From a virus, in the UHGV virus genome UHGV-0230703: a stretch of DNA of 37,329 nucleotides, one strand, 5' to 3'. Position numbers and translations under genes: made by a program. Under the pieces are notes generated by a model, which was not told where the DNA came from, did not search any database, and saw only the letters and a list, made by a program, of their open reading frames with translations. Positions 6,373 to 15,147 of this stretch are shown one piece after another; the first letter of the stretch is position 1, and the number at the start of each line of letters is the position of its first letter.

Positions 6373-7347
6373 TTATAGCGTCAAATAAATATCAGAAATC
6401 CGCACGTCATTTACTGCGCCTTCACCGTTTGACTGATTGCATCGGCGCAAAATGATATCAATCTTCTTCCCTTTCATCCAACTAGAATCAAAAGTAACAT
6501 CAAAACCTAGCGCATCGCCACCTTGATAGCCGTATGCCTTTTTGACATCTGGCCGAGCAATCCCTTGAGATTGGATACGTGTTAATTCTTTAGGTGTCCC
6601 ATGTTCCATCACAAGTACGTAAGCATAAGTTCCAATTGCACCTTGTGGTTTATCAGGAACCAACCAACCAGCTACACGAACTGTTTTATCTGTTACCTTT
6701 TTGAAAATATCTAGTTTGCCATAAGCATTTCCCTGATGCGTTGGCGTGCTTGCTGATACTTTATCGTCATGATTTTGATCTTCTGTACTGCCATCAGGTT
6801 TCAATGCGGAATTATCATGGTATTTCTTGATTTGTGAAATAAAGTAATCTTGCATTTGAACAGTGATGGCTGCAGGAACTGCTAACGTAGAATCATAGCC
6901 ACAATGTTCCATCAGTGAACGCTTAGGGCATTCAGTTGCTGAAAATTGATGATGGCATTTGACTGTATCTCGGTTGACTGGCAATCCGTAAAAACGAAGA
7001 TCTTCTGCTGCTTGCCAGAAAGCATTTTGTTCTGCTTGTAGGAAAACTGCTTTTGGTGTTTCACGATTTCCACGCACTTCATATCCGATATAGCTATTAT
7101 TACCATCAGAATTAGCGACATGCCAAGCACGATTATAAGTATCTTCTGTGCGAATAATCGTGTTTTCATCACAGTAATAATGAGCAAATCCTGCTTCTAA
7201 CTGTTTATCTGTCATTCCTGCTAAACGATTCATTTCTTGTTCTGCAGTCGTGTTTGTCCAAGTATTATGGATGACTACACCCTTCACGTCTCCTACACGT
7301 CTACCTGCTACACCACGACATACTGAATTATTGATAATATTGACCAT
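6373..7347 (-). CDS. endolysin: N-acetylmuramoyl-L-alanine amidase (amidase_2/PGRP-like) with C-terminal cell-wall-binding region
   Basis: N-terminal amidase_2-like region (GVVIHNTW...YYCDEN...H...C) and position directly after the holin. Confidence 0.9.
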   Translation of the reverse strand: MVNIINNSVCRGVAGRRVGDVKGVVIHNTWTNTTAEQEMNRLAGMTDKQLEAGFAHYYCDENTIIRTEDTYNRAWHVANSDGNNSYIGYEVRGNRETPKAVFLQAEQNAFWQAAEDLRFYGLPVNRDTVKCHHQFSATECPKRSLMEHCGYDSTLAVPAAITVQMQDYFISQIKKYHDNSALKPDGSTEDQNHDDKVSASTPTHQGNAYGKLDIFKKVTDKTVRVAGWLVPDKPQGAIGTYAYVLVMEHGTPKELTRIQSQGIARPDVKKAYGYQGGDALGFDVTFDSSWMKGKKIDIILRRCNQSNGEGAVNDVRISDIYLTL

Positions 7348-7760
7348 TATTTTTTTCCTCCTAAAGTATTATTTTTGTCTTTTCCTTGTTCTTCAGATGA
7401 ATCTTTTAATTTGCTGAATCGATCTTTCACAAAATCTGGAATTGGGATCCCTAATTGACCTAAATTCTCGATCACCGAGATTCCATAAACAGCAATGTAT
7501 GAAAGCACAAAAGCTGTTGCGACTCCTTCAAAGTTCATGATTTTAAGATAGGGATACGCAATCAGCACAAGCGCCACGACCAGCAAATGCTTTACTACCC
7601 CCATCAGTCCTTTAGTACTATTTGTTTCTTTTCCAGCAAGTCCCTTACAAACTCCTGTAATGATATCCGCAATGACAATCCAAACAAAAATTTGAATATA
7701 AACGTTGCTTACTAGATTTTTAAACTCTGATAACAAAACTAAATTATCAATGATCACCAT
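7347..7760 (-). CDS. holin
   Basis: small protein with TM helices and charged C-terminal tail; ATG 7760 with RBS GGGTGGA; ends 1 nt into the lysin start. Confidence 0.8.
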   Translation of the reverse strand: MVIIDNLVLLSEFKNLVSNVYIQIFVWIVIADIITGVCKGLAGKETNSTKGLMGVVKHLLVVALVLIAYPYLKIMNFEGVATAFVLSYIAVYGISVIENLGQLGIPIPDFVKDRFSKLKDSSEEQGKDKNNTLGGKK

Positions 7761-7792
7761 GTTTCCACCCTTCACTTTCTATTTTTAGCCAT

Positions 7793-7821
7793 AAAAAAGC
7801 GCACTCGTTTGAGTACGCGCT
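7793..7821 (-). terminator. rho-independent terminator between the tail/XkdX genes and the lysis cassette
   Basis: stem AGCGC(GT)ACTC / GAGTGCGCT then TTTTTT on the minus strand. Confidence 0.6.
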
Positions 7822-7948
7822 AACTCTCTTTATCAATAATTTTGTCAGCTTCTTCTTGCGTGATGCATAAAGGAATAAATTGTTTCACTTGGTCAGCAGT
7901 AAAGCAATTCCAATCATACATCATCTTGATATCATCATAAGAATACAT
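7820..7948 (-). CDS. XkdX-like small protein (42 aa), below the ORF-track cutoff
   Basis: MYSYDDIKMMYDWNCFTADQVKQFIPLCITQEEADKIIDKES; RBS GGGGGAG inside the 3' end of the upstream gene; ATG 3 nt after its TAA. Confidence 0.6.
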   Translation of the reverse strand: MYSYDDIKMMYDWNCFTADQVKQFIPLCITQEEADKIIDKES

Positions 7949-7949
7949 A

Positions 7950-8324
7950 TTATTCTCCCCCTTCAAGTTGTTCTTTGATAGTAGCAATGTCTTTTGTTTT
8001 TTGAAGGGATGTCAGCATGGTTTTAGAATTGATTTGTGCTAGTGATTCCGCTTTTGAAGCAAGCTCTTCATTTGCTTTTTTTAAAGCTTCATTATCTACT
8101 TGTAAACCTGTAGATAAATTTTCTAGTAGTTCCAATTTTTTAGAATAATCTTGTGTAACTGCTTCTTCCCATTTATTTTCAGTAAAATTGAAAAACTGGG
8201 ATTGAGAATCGCTCAAACTTTCTAAAGGTTTAATCTCAACAAATGGTAAAGTTGTTGGAAACCCCTCTTCTACTTCGTGTTCTTCATATCCTAATGGATA
8301 AAGTACCTTATAAATTAATTTCAT
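7950..8324 (-). CDS. XkdW-like protein (124 aa) preceding XkdX/holin
   Basis: position and N-terminal IYKVLYP...W pattern resembling the PBSX XkdW family; C-terminal coiled coil. Confidence 0.5.
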   Translation of the reverse strand: MKLIYKVLYPLGYEEHEVEEGFPTTLPFVEIKPLESLSDSQSQFFNFTENKWEEAVTQDYSKKLELLENLSTGLQVDNEALKKANEELASKAESLAQINSKTMLTSLQKTKDIATIKEQLEGGE

Positions 8325-8343
8325 TTTATAATCCTCCTTTTTA

Positions 8344-8895
8344 TTATTTGCGACGTCTTACGCCAATTTCACGAAAAACAAATTTTTTATTTGCATCATT
8401 CATTGTATTGATTGGATCCCCTGTAATAATCAAAGATGTTCCTGATTTTGATAAGGAAATACGTTTTACACCAATAGTCGAGTTGCCAGAAGCGGAACCT
8501 TCCCACGCTACTCCCATCATGTCATACTTCAATTTTGTAATATTGGGTGTAACAGGAAATGAATAGATTATTCCGCTATAATTAGCATTATAACGAGACA
8601 ACGTGAATACAATTTCGTCTACTGTTTCGATGTTAGGTATAGTAACGGATTGGTTTTCGCTTAGATACACACCAGTTCCATCCCAATAATCAATGATCCT
8701 TTCGTATGTCGTTGCGGCAGCAATTGCTACAGATTGACCTGCAATTTGAATACCATCTTGAAAGTTTTTAGTACCCAAAATAGTTTCATTCCCCGTAGCT
8801 TTAACTAATTTTCCATCTACACCGTCTATGGCATCTGCATGTGTCTTGAGATACTTAGCAACTCCGTCTTCTTTTAATTGAACAATATCTGGCAT
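8344..8895 (-). CDS. tail fibre / receptor-binding module protein (183 aa) sharing the N-terminal motif with the 122-aa and 252-aa proteins
   Basis: MPDIVQLKEDGVAKYLKTHADAIDG vs MTDIVKVKQNDVQVYPQTHWDAVEG; start overlaps upstream stop (TAATG). Confidence 0.6.
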   Translation of the reverse strand: MPDIVQLKEDGVAKYLKTHADAIDGVDGKLVKATGNETILGTKNFQDGIQIAGQSVAIAAATTYERIIDYWDGTGVYLSENQSVTIPNIETVDEIVFTLSRYNANYSGIIYSFPVTPNITKLKYDMMGVAWEGSASGNSTIGVKRISLSKSGTSLIITGDPINTMNDANKKFVFREIGVRRRK

Positions 8896-9263
8896 TATAC
8901 GGTCCCCACTTTCTCAAATGTAATATTTGCTAATCCATCGAGTTTAGCTTTATCTTCCTTGGACATCAAACCATTAGCTGTAGTTGTAGCCACAGCTGTC
9001 GTTGTTGCATTTGTTCCAGGATCTCCCTTGTCTCCTTTATCCCCTTTAGGCAATACAAAATTAAACTTCGCTGCACTTGCAGTACCAGCATTTGTGACAC
9101 TAGCTGTTGTACCACTCGTTACTGTCCCTACAGTAATTGTGGCAGCCTGTCCAGGATCTCCTTTATCTCCCTTAATAGTTTCCGGCTTCCCCTCAACAGC
9201 ATCCCAATGAGTTTGGGGGTAAACCTGAACATCATTCTGTTTTACTTTTACAATATCTGTCAT
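8895..9263 (-). CDS. collagen-like (G-X-Y repeat) tail fibre protein, 122 aa
   Basis: GDKGDPG and GDKGDKGDPG repeats; shared N-terminal THxDAV motif and C-terminal FEKVG motif. Confidence 0.7.
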   Translation of the reverse strand: MTDIVKVKQNDVQVYPQTHWDAVEGKPETIKGDKGDPGQAATITVGTVTSGTTASVTNAGTASAAKFNFVLPKGDKGDKGDPGTNATTTAVATTTANGLMSKEDKAKLDGLANITFEKVGTV

Positions 9264-9267
9264 TTCT

Positions 9268-10026
9268 CTATACCTCCCCTACTTTTTCAAACGACACACT
9301 TGGTATTTTTGAATCTGTATAAGCTTGTGCATTTTGGTAAGCTTCACTCATTTTTTGGTCAACATATTCTTGAGTGACACCGCCACCTTCTCCACCACCA
9401 GTTGCAGAGATTACTCCTGTATTTGAAATACTGATATTAGCTCCGGCAGTATAGTTGAATTGCTTATCAGCAGACAAAACATCATCAGTCATCGTTAATC
9501 CTTCGCCAACGCGAATACCACCTTTTACAAATTCGGAGGCAGTGGGTAAAACGTAAAAACCAGTCACATCTGCATTTATTTTTCCATCTTCATCAATAGT
9601 GATATTTTCTCCTGCAGTGTAATTTTTCAGTGAATCGAGCTTTTCTTTTAACTCTAGTGAGAAATTAACATCAGATTGTCTGACTGCAGAGACTTTTCCT
9701 GTCTCATCAATCGTCAATAATTCACCAATTTTTATGCCACCCAAACGGTCGACAGTGGCAATTGGCAACACATAGTCACCTTCTCCACTGTTTAAAATTT
9801 TTTGATACATTTCTGCAGTGATAATTCCGTCATTCTCTTCACTTGCATAGGGCAATTCTGTGATAGCATTTCCTAATCCTAGATCTTCTTTAGTAATAAC
9901 AACAGCGCCAATTTTCCCATTGACAGATAGAACTTTTGCATCACCAGCCATAAATTCCTCTAACCCAAGAACTGCAGAAACATGAGTGATTGGGAAAAAA
10001 CTGTCGTTGTACGCCCGTTTTTTCAT
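9268..10026 (-). CDS. tail fibre protein with internal repeats (252 aa)
   Basis: internal repeats TAGENITIDEDGKINA / TAGANISISNTGVISA; N-terminal FPITHVSAV motif; C-terminal FEKVGEV. Confidence 0.6.
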   Translation of the reverse strand: MKKRAYNDSFFPITHVSAVLGLEEFMAGDAKVLSVNGKIGAVVITKEDLGLGNAITELPYASEENDGIITAEMYQKILNSGEGDYVLPIATVDRLGGIKIGELLTIDETGKVSAVRQSDVNFSLELKEKLDSLKNYTAGENITIDEDGKINADVTGFYVLPTASEFVKGGIRVGEGLTMTDDVLSADKQFNYTAGANISISNTGVISATGGGEGGGVTQEYVDQKMSEAYQNAQAYTDSKIPSVSFEKVGEV

Positions 10027-10056
10027 CCGTTTCCATCATGCGTTTTGTTTTAGCCA

Positions 10057-10965
10057 TTAGATCCCCCCTACTTTCTCAAGAGTGAAAACATTCTGTTTTG
10101 GATCATCTACGGTTGCAATAATCAAAGCTCCTTCTTCAATTGGAAATTCTACTGTTCCGATCTTTTCGACTTCGTGATTATCTGAAAAAAGATCATCCTG
10201 TAAAATGTCAGTCACTTCAATTTCACCGTATTCAATCGTGAAAAGTGCTGCTTTCATTTTTTGATACAAATAGTTTAGATCGGCTAGGAAACGTTCAGAA
10301 ATCGACTCATGGCGTACACCTTGAAGATCTACACGCGCATCCATTAATTCGGCTAACATTACTCCACCTGGATCGATAGACTTCAAAATATCTTTGATTG
10401 ATTCAAACCAGTTCAAATAATCGGTTTCTTGTCCGTCTCTCCATGCTTCAAATGTATTTTGTTGGTCTTGACGCCATTGTTCAAATTCCTTTTTACGTGC
10501 ATTCATCCAATCTGTGAAGTCGCCTTTGTTTTCATTGATAAAAGCTGTCATATCCGCAATTAAATCTTCGACTGTCTGCCAATACGATCCCATTTCGCCC
10601 TCTGTTTTTGAGACGGCTTTAATAACAAAATAGGAGAAGTCTTGCGTCGTAGCAATTAACTCATCCTCTTTATAAATGATGAAATCTGCTATTTGGCGAT
10701 GTAGGCATTGCATCGAATACTGATCAAATGTGTACTGAATTTTTCCTTTTTTTGCATCGATAACTTTAGTACCTAATTGAACTGGATATTTGTCTCCGAC
10801 AACTGATTCAAAATAGACTTTACAACTAGTTAAATCATATGGCATTCCATTTTCAGTAATAGTTGCTTCCATAGTTTCTGAATTCTTATTGCCTTGTCGT
10901 ACCTGGATCATACCGACATAATTATAAGGTTCAGTTGTGCTGAGTACTACGTTCCACTTTGCCAT
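10057..10965 (-). CDS. baseplate upper protein (BppU)-like tail protein (302 aa)
   Basis: position after Tal and the CHAP peptidase; N-terminus MAKWNVVLSTTEPYNYVGMIQV resembles BppU_N; ends LEKVGGI. Confidence 0.55.
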   Translation of the reverse strand: MAKWNVVLSTTEPYNYVGMIQVRQGNKNSETMEATITENGMPYDLTSCKVYFESVVGDKYPVQLGTKVIDAKKGKIQYTFDQYSMQCLHRQIADFIIYKEDELIATTQDFSYFVIKAVSKTEGEMGSYWQTVEDLIADMTAFINENKGDFTDWMNARKKEFEQWRQDQQNTFEAWRDGQETDYLNWFESIKDILKSIDPGGVMLAELMDARVDLQGVRHESISERFLADLNYLYQKMKAALFTIEYGEIEVTDILQDDLFSDNHEVEKIGTVEFPIEEGALIIATVDDPKQNVFTLEKVGGI

Positions 10966-11449
10966 TAATTACCACTCCTTTCTCAAAATCAGGTGGGATA
11001 CAAATAGAGGCTATCTGACCAGATCCGAAGAATTCACGATCATATTCCGCCACAATTCCACCTGATTCTGCATTTTGTTCATAGGTTTGAATACGCCCAT
11101 TTTCTAGACCTTTGATTACACCTGTGTGGCCGTAATATTCATGGCTTTCAAATGTATCACTGATTTTTGCGTTTCTTTCCCAATTGATAATTGAACCAAC
11201 AACTAGCTGGTCATACTCAGGATGAGCGATAACCGTCCATAAATACAATGACCATGGATAGGCTCGTCCAATTTCTGCAGCGGAAAATACATTGCCATGA
11301 CGTACTTTAATCTCATATTTAGTGCCAGCTCCCATGTCAGGACCAATCATCACACCGGAATATTCCGCAGATAATGCATAACATTGATGATTTCCGATAG
11401 GTTGATTCAACAAACTTTTCAAATGATTTAATCCTTTTTCTTCGATCAC
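10931..11449 (-). CDS. CHAP-domain peptidoglycan peptidase (tail-associated), GTG start
   Basis: conserved Cys (NHQCYALS) and His (GHTGV) of CHAP; start moved to GTG 11449 with RBS GAGGTGA abutting the Tal stop. Confidence 0.7.
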   Translation of the reverse strand: MIEEKGLNHLKSLLNQPIGNHQCYALSAEYSGVMIGPDMGAGTKYEIKVRHGNVFSAAEIGRAYPWSLYLWTVIAHPEYDQLVVGSIINWERNAKISDTFESHEYYGHTGVIKGLENGRIQTYEQNAESGGIVAEYDREFFGSGQIASICIPPDFEKGVVINGKVERSTQHN

Positions 11450-11459
11450 AAAATCACCT

Positions 11460-14357
11460 CTATTTCTTCGCTCTGGCGAAACAAACATCGCCACCGTTTA
11501 ACAAATAACCGAAAGACCAGTCTACGCGACCGATACCAACACCATTGGAATTCATACCGCCCATTTCAACAATAGACGTGCTATATCCCTTCCAATCCTC
11601 TGCTAAAATAGCGGTATGGCCATCATTACCAACGCCTGCACCTAAATTAACAATGATGATATCTCCGGCTTTCGCTTCATTTGGGGATATTTCAGTAAGA
11701 TACTGACGTGCTCCTCTTGCATCTGCAGCCATTGAACCCGTGTACCATAGAGTCCCACGTGTTGCGGTTTTATATCCCGCTTTTGTCAAAGCTAGCCAAA
11801 CAAAAGAAGAACAGTCAGCATATCCATTACGATCAGGGTTCTCGACACTGCCAAAATTCCAACGCAATGGTTGAGAATAATGGAAATAACCCATCAAGCT
11901 TTTGGCTGTACTGAGAATACTGCCAGCAGATGGGACTTGAAGATCTCTAAATTTGTTATACCAATTAACTGCCCATCCTTGTCGTTCTGGATGAGTCGTG
12001 GCTGGTCTTTCATAATTTCGTTCAAATGTATAAGCAGCAGCTGCTGGATCCGTCATTGCTTTAAATCCAGAAACACTTGTCGGTTGAACAATTCCTAACC
12101 ATTGACCGTTATACATCGTCCAATCTAATAACTTTCCTTGAGCTGACATGGTTCGATAATCTTCTGTAATTCCTGCAGCTCTCATCAGGTTCTGGACATA
12201 AGTCCTGCCATCCCATGTTGCTGGAAGAACCAAAGGATATGCTGAACCATCCCATTGAACGATTCCATAAGCTGAACCGCCGACTTGTGCAACATCTGGA
12301 TTCATTGCAGCACCGGCTTCTCCTTGAACATTTCCAAGGATTCCAGCAATGGATGCTTTGGAATACCCTCTAGAAAGAAGCATGACCCATAATTCCCAAG
12401 CAAATTTGTCTGCTTGACTGGTAACCTCTGGTGGATACATGCCATTCCAACTACCGCCATCATTATTTCCACTTCCGCCTTGTCCAGGGAATACTTCTTG
12501 TCCGTTAATTGTTAGTTTTCCGCGAATATTAACGTTTTTCATAAATTCCGCATCACCAAAGGCATTTAGCTTTTCCTGTAGATTTAAACTTCCAAATAAT
12601 ATAGAAGTTCCATTCCCAAGGATTACCCAACCTTTTCCTTCTTTTGGTGAAATGAGAATATATTTTCCATCGCCGTTTGTTCGAATGACTAACGAATTAT
12701 CTTCTAACGGTGTAGGAGTGGATGCGCCAGGAAAAGGATTACCTGCAGAATCAGTAGTACCAATTGTGCCAATGGATTCTTTGGTGTTCCAGAACTCCAT
12801 CCCTTTTTTGGTTAGCTCCATGATTTTTTTGTTGCTGTTCACAATTTGCAAAGCTCCTTTTACTAGCTTGAGCTGATCACCCACAGCGTTAAATGAAGTT
12901 TCAAAAATATCTGCTCTAATACGTCCAGATTGGATATAATTGGCATTGAAGTTTCCATCAATCGTCCATGCCGTTTTGAAATTTGACTCATTGAATTTCC
13001 CATCAATAAAACCAATCCCTTCCGAATTAGCTACAAGAAAATGGTTAGAAGTATCAATACTATCCCCATTCATCCAAACCATCTGATATGGTTGACGACT
13101 TTCGCCTTTACCAGTATCCCAAGGATTCATCATGATAATTGATCCACCCTTTGCTCCGCGAATGATATCCGACTGCCATTTAGAAACTTCGGTGGACTCA
13201 TAAAAGGTCATCTTCTTCTCATCAAGAGTCTGTATGGCAGTTTGAGTATTTGAAGCTTGACGTGTTGATGAAGTATTTAAATTATCACCTAAGCCAGTTT
13301 CGACTTTTCCTGTTAATCGATCAATCTTCACACTGAAAATTCTAGTCTCGTAATGATAGCCGCGGTCATCACGATGAATACGTATAATATTACCTAAACT
13401 ATCTGCTCCGAAAATAGTTGCTTTAAATTGAACTAGCGGACGTGAACAGTTAACCAATTCTTGATAGGTAAGCTGAATTAGTTCAACAGGATCTTCGCAG
13501 TCTTCGAATATAATTACCTTCTCACGCTTACGACGTTTTCCGTTTTTAGTAGGAATACCATATTTTTCAGTCATCTCAGGGATTTCCAAATATATCTGGC
13601 CAGTAGGCTTGTTTAACGGATCCCCTTTTGATTTGGACCAGTATACTTGATCAAACTCAATTCGACGACCATAACCATCTCCAACCTCTTCACCACGACC
13701 GCGGCCGATTAGAGAAGTATAGATGTTACTTCGATTCACTTCTTTTTCAATTGTCAAGGCTTTATCACCGTACTCATATCGCTCATTACTGTATTCGCCA
13801 ATCTGCTTGTAAACTTCTATCCATTTATCTGTGATGCCTTCTCCACTTAGATTGCACCTAAAAACAATCTCGCATCCTAACGTTTGTAGATTTTTTAAGG
13901 CTTCGCGGATACTACAGTAGTAAAAAGTCATAGAAACTGCTGGCAGTGTTGAATCTAAATGACCAACTCGCCACTCACCTAATGTAAAATCTATGACTCT
14001 CTGGATGGTTTTCTGAAAAAACTCGTTAGCCGGACGAATATCATTAATGATATAAGCATCCAATTCATCAGGACCAAAATTAATCCCAGTAAATATCAAC
14101 AATGAACCCGGATCAGCAATTCCGATAATTTTATACATAGAAAAAGACGACTCACTTTCACGAACCGCCATATAAGCTGATTCTTTAATTTCGTCATCAA
14201 ACTCCATGCTAACTGCTAACTTATCATTAATTAACTCATCTTTACTTGGTGTGATTTCCTTTTCTTGAACTACAGAAAAAAGTTTATCTTCCCCTACTAT
14301 TTTTATAAGTTTTTGGCTTTCATCGAAAAAATAAACATCTTTGTCCATTACAACCAC
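11460..14357 (-). CDS. tail-associated lysin (Tal): N-terminal prophage tail endopeptidase fold, central lysozyme-like domain, C-terminal NlpC/P60 peptidase
   Basis: 965 aa after Dit; GILGNVQGEAG lysozyme-like motif; C-terminal YADCSSFV...GHTAI NlpC/P60 Cys/His. Confidence 0.85.
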   Translation of the reverse strand: MVVMDKDVYFFDESQKLIKIVGEDKLFSVVQEKEITPSKDELINDKLAVSMEFDDEIKESAYMAVRESESSFSMYKIIGIADPGSLLIFTGINFGPDELDAYIINDIRPANEFFQKTIQRVIDFTLGEWRVGHLDSTLPAVSMTFYYCSIREALKNLQTLGCEIVFRCNLSGEGITDKWIEVYKQIGEYSNERYEYGDKALTIEKEVNRSNIYTSLIGRGRGEEVGDGYGRRIEFDQVYWSKSKGDPLNKPTGQIYLEIPEMTEKYGIPTKNGKRRKREKVIIFEDCEDPVELIQLTYQELVNCSRPLVQFKATIFGADSLGNIIRIHRDDRGYHYETRIFSVKIDRLTGKVETGLGDNLNTSSTRQASNTQTAIQTLDEKKMTFYESTEVSKWQSDIIRGAKGGSIIMMNPWDTGKGESRQPYQMVWMNGDSIDTSNHFLVANSEGIGFIDGKFNESNFKTAWTIDGNFNANYIQSGRIRADIFETSFNAVGDQLKLVKGALQIVNSNKKIMELTKKGMEFWNTKESIGTIGTTDSAGNPFPGASTPTPLEDNSLVIRTNGDGKYILISPKEGKGWVILGNGTSILFGSLNLQEKLNAFGDAEFMKNVNIRGKLTINGQEVFPGQGGSGNNDGGSWNGMYPPEVTSQADKFAWELWVMLLSRGYSKASIAGILGNVQGEAGAAMNPDVAQVGGSAYGIVQWDGSAYPLVLPATWDGRTYVQNLMRAAGITEDYRTMSAQGKLLDWTMYNGQWLGIVQPTSVSGFKAMTDPAAAAYTFERNYERPATTHPERQGWAVNWYNKFRDLQVPSAGSILSTAKSLMGYFHYSQPLRWNFGSVENPDRNGYADCSSFVWLALTKAGYKTATRGTLWYTGSMAADARGARQYLTEISPNEAKAGDIIIVNLGAGVGNDGHTAILAEDWKGYSTSIVEMGGMNSNGVGIGRVDWSFGYLLNGGDVCFARAKK

Positions 14358-15133
14358 ACTCCTCTATATCGTATTAAGGGAGTGCCGTTATCACACTCAA
14401 CTAGATCACCGGTCCTAACCATAAAGTTTTTAAAGGAGCTAGTAAGATCAAGAATTCTCGTTTTATTCACTCCATTTACAAAAACTTTTCCCTCAGCTAT
14501 GTCCATCTCGATAAAGTCACCTTTTTTTATCATTGAGTTAGTCACACTAATATTTTGACGGCCATTTGTAATTCTTAAGCTCCCATCATTATTAGCCTTT
14601 AAACTAATTGAAATCGGAGCTACTTCATACGGAAGATATTCTGCGACTATGCCGTTTGTTTCAAATATACGTGTATATTTTCTGGGATCAGAACAGATTA
14701 TAGAGAAACTAGATATTACACTATGAACGTTTCCTGGAATATTATCACAGGTCTGATACCTTCCGTAATAATACATATCCAACTCATCGTTAAAGTGAAT
14801 TTCTACATCTTTATCCCTGTAAAGCAGCCTCATCAATTTATTAAAGCTTCGTTGAAATTCAATAGGATTCTTTTCTTCTAATTTAAAATGTATAGTTAAA
14901 ATCCTCTCTGGAAGTCTTTGAGAACTAATACGAACACCTATGCTCACCGCTTCACTCTCAATCTCTAAAGAAACCATTTCTCTACCTTCCACATACAAAG
15001 TCTGGTACCCTTTTATATAATTCTCGATAAACTTCCCATCATAATTCAATGCAGACGTCGGTATCCATGTTTTCTGACTGTCGTTTTTAATCGTGTCTCT
15101 GAATTCATACATTGGATTATGCCACTCCATCAT
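14348..15133 (-). CDS. distal tail protein (Dit, siphovirus tail component)
   Basis: 261 aa directly after the TMP, overlapping the Tal start. Confidence 0.75.
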   Translation of the reverse strand: MMEWHNPMYEFRDTIKNDSQKTWIPTSALNYDGKFIENYIKGYQTLYVEGREMVSLEIESEAVSIGVRISSQRLPERILTIHFKLEEKNPIEFQRSFNKLMRLLYRDKDVEIHFNDELDMYYYGRYQTCDNIPGNVHSVISSFSIICSDPRKYTRIFETNGIVAEYLPYEVAPISISLKANNDGSLRITNGRQNISVTNSMIKKGDFIEMDIAEGKVFVNGVNKTRILDLTSSFKNFMVRTGDLVECDNGTPLIRYRGVWL

Positions 15134-15147
15134 ATTTCCCTCACTTT

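Noticed and set aside
5461-7187. ORFs 5461..5646 (+) and 6912..7187 (-) inside the membrane-protein and endolysin genes
   Set aside because: Overlapping or alternative-frame ORFs without translation signals.
10026-10059. Read-through or frameshift fusion of the 302-aa and 252-aa fibre proteins at the G7 run (GTG GGG GGG ATC TAA); the two ORFs are in the same frame
   Set aside because: Two in-frame stops (TAA and TGA) separate them. The 38-aa +1-frame ORF starting at the TAATG has no support beyond an SD-like G-run.
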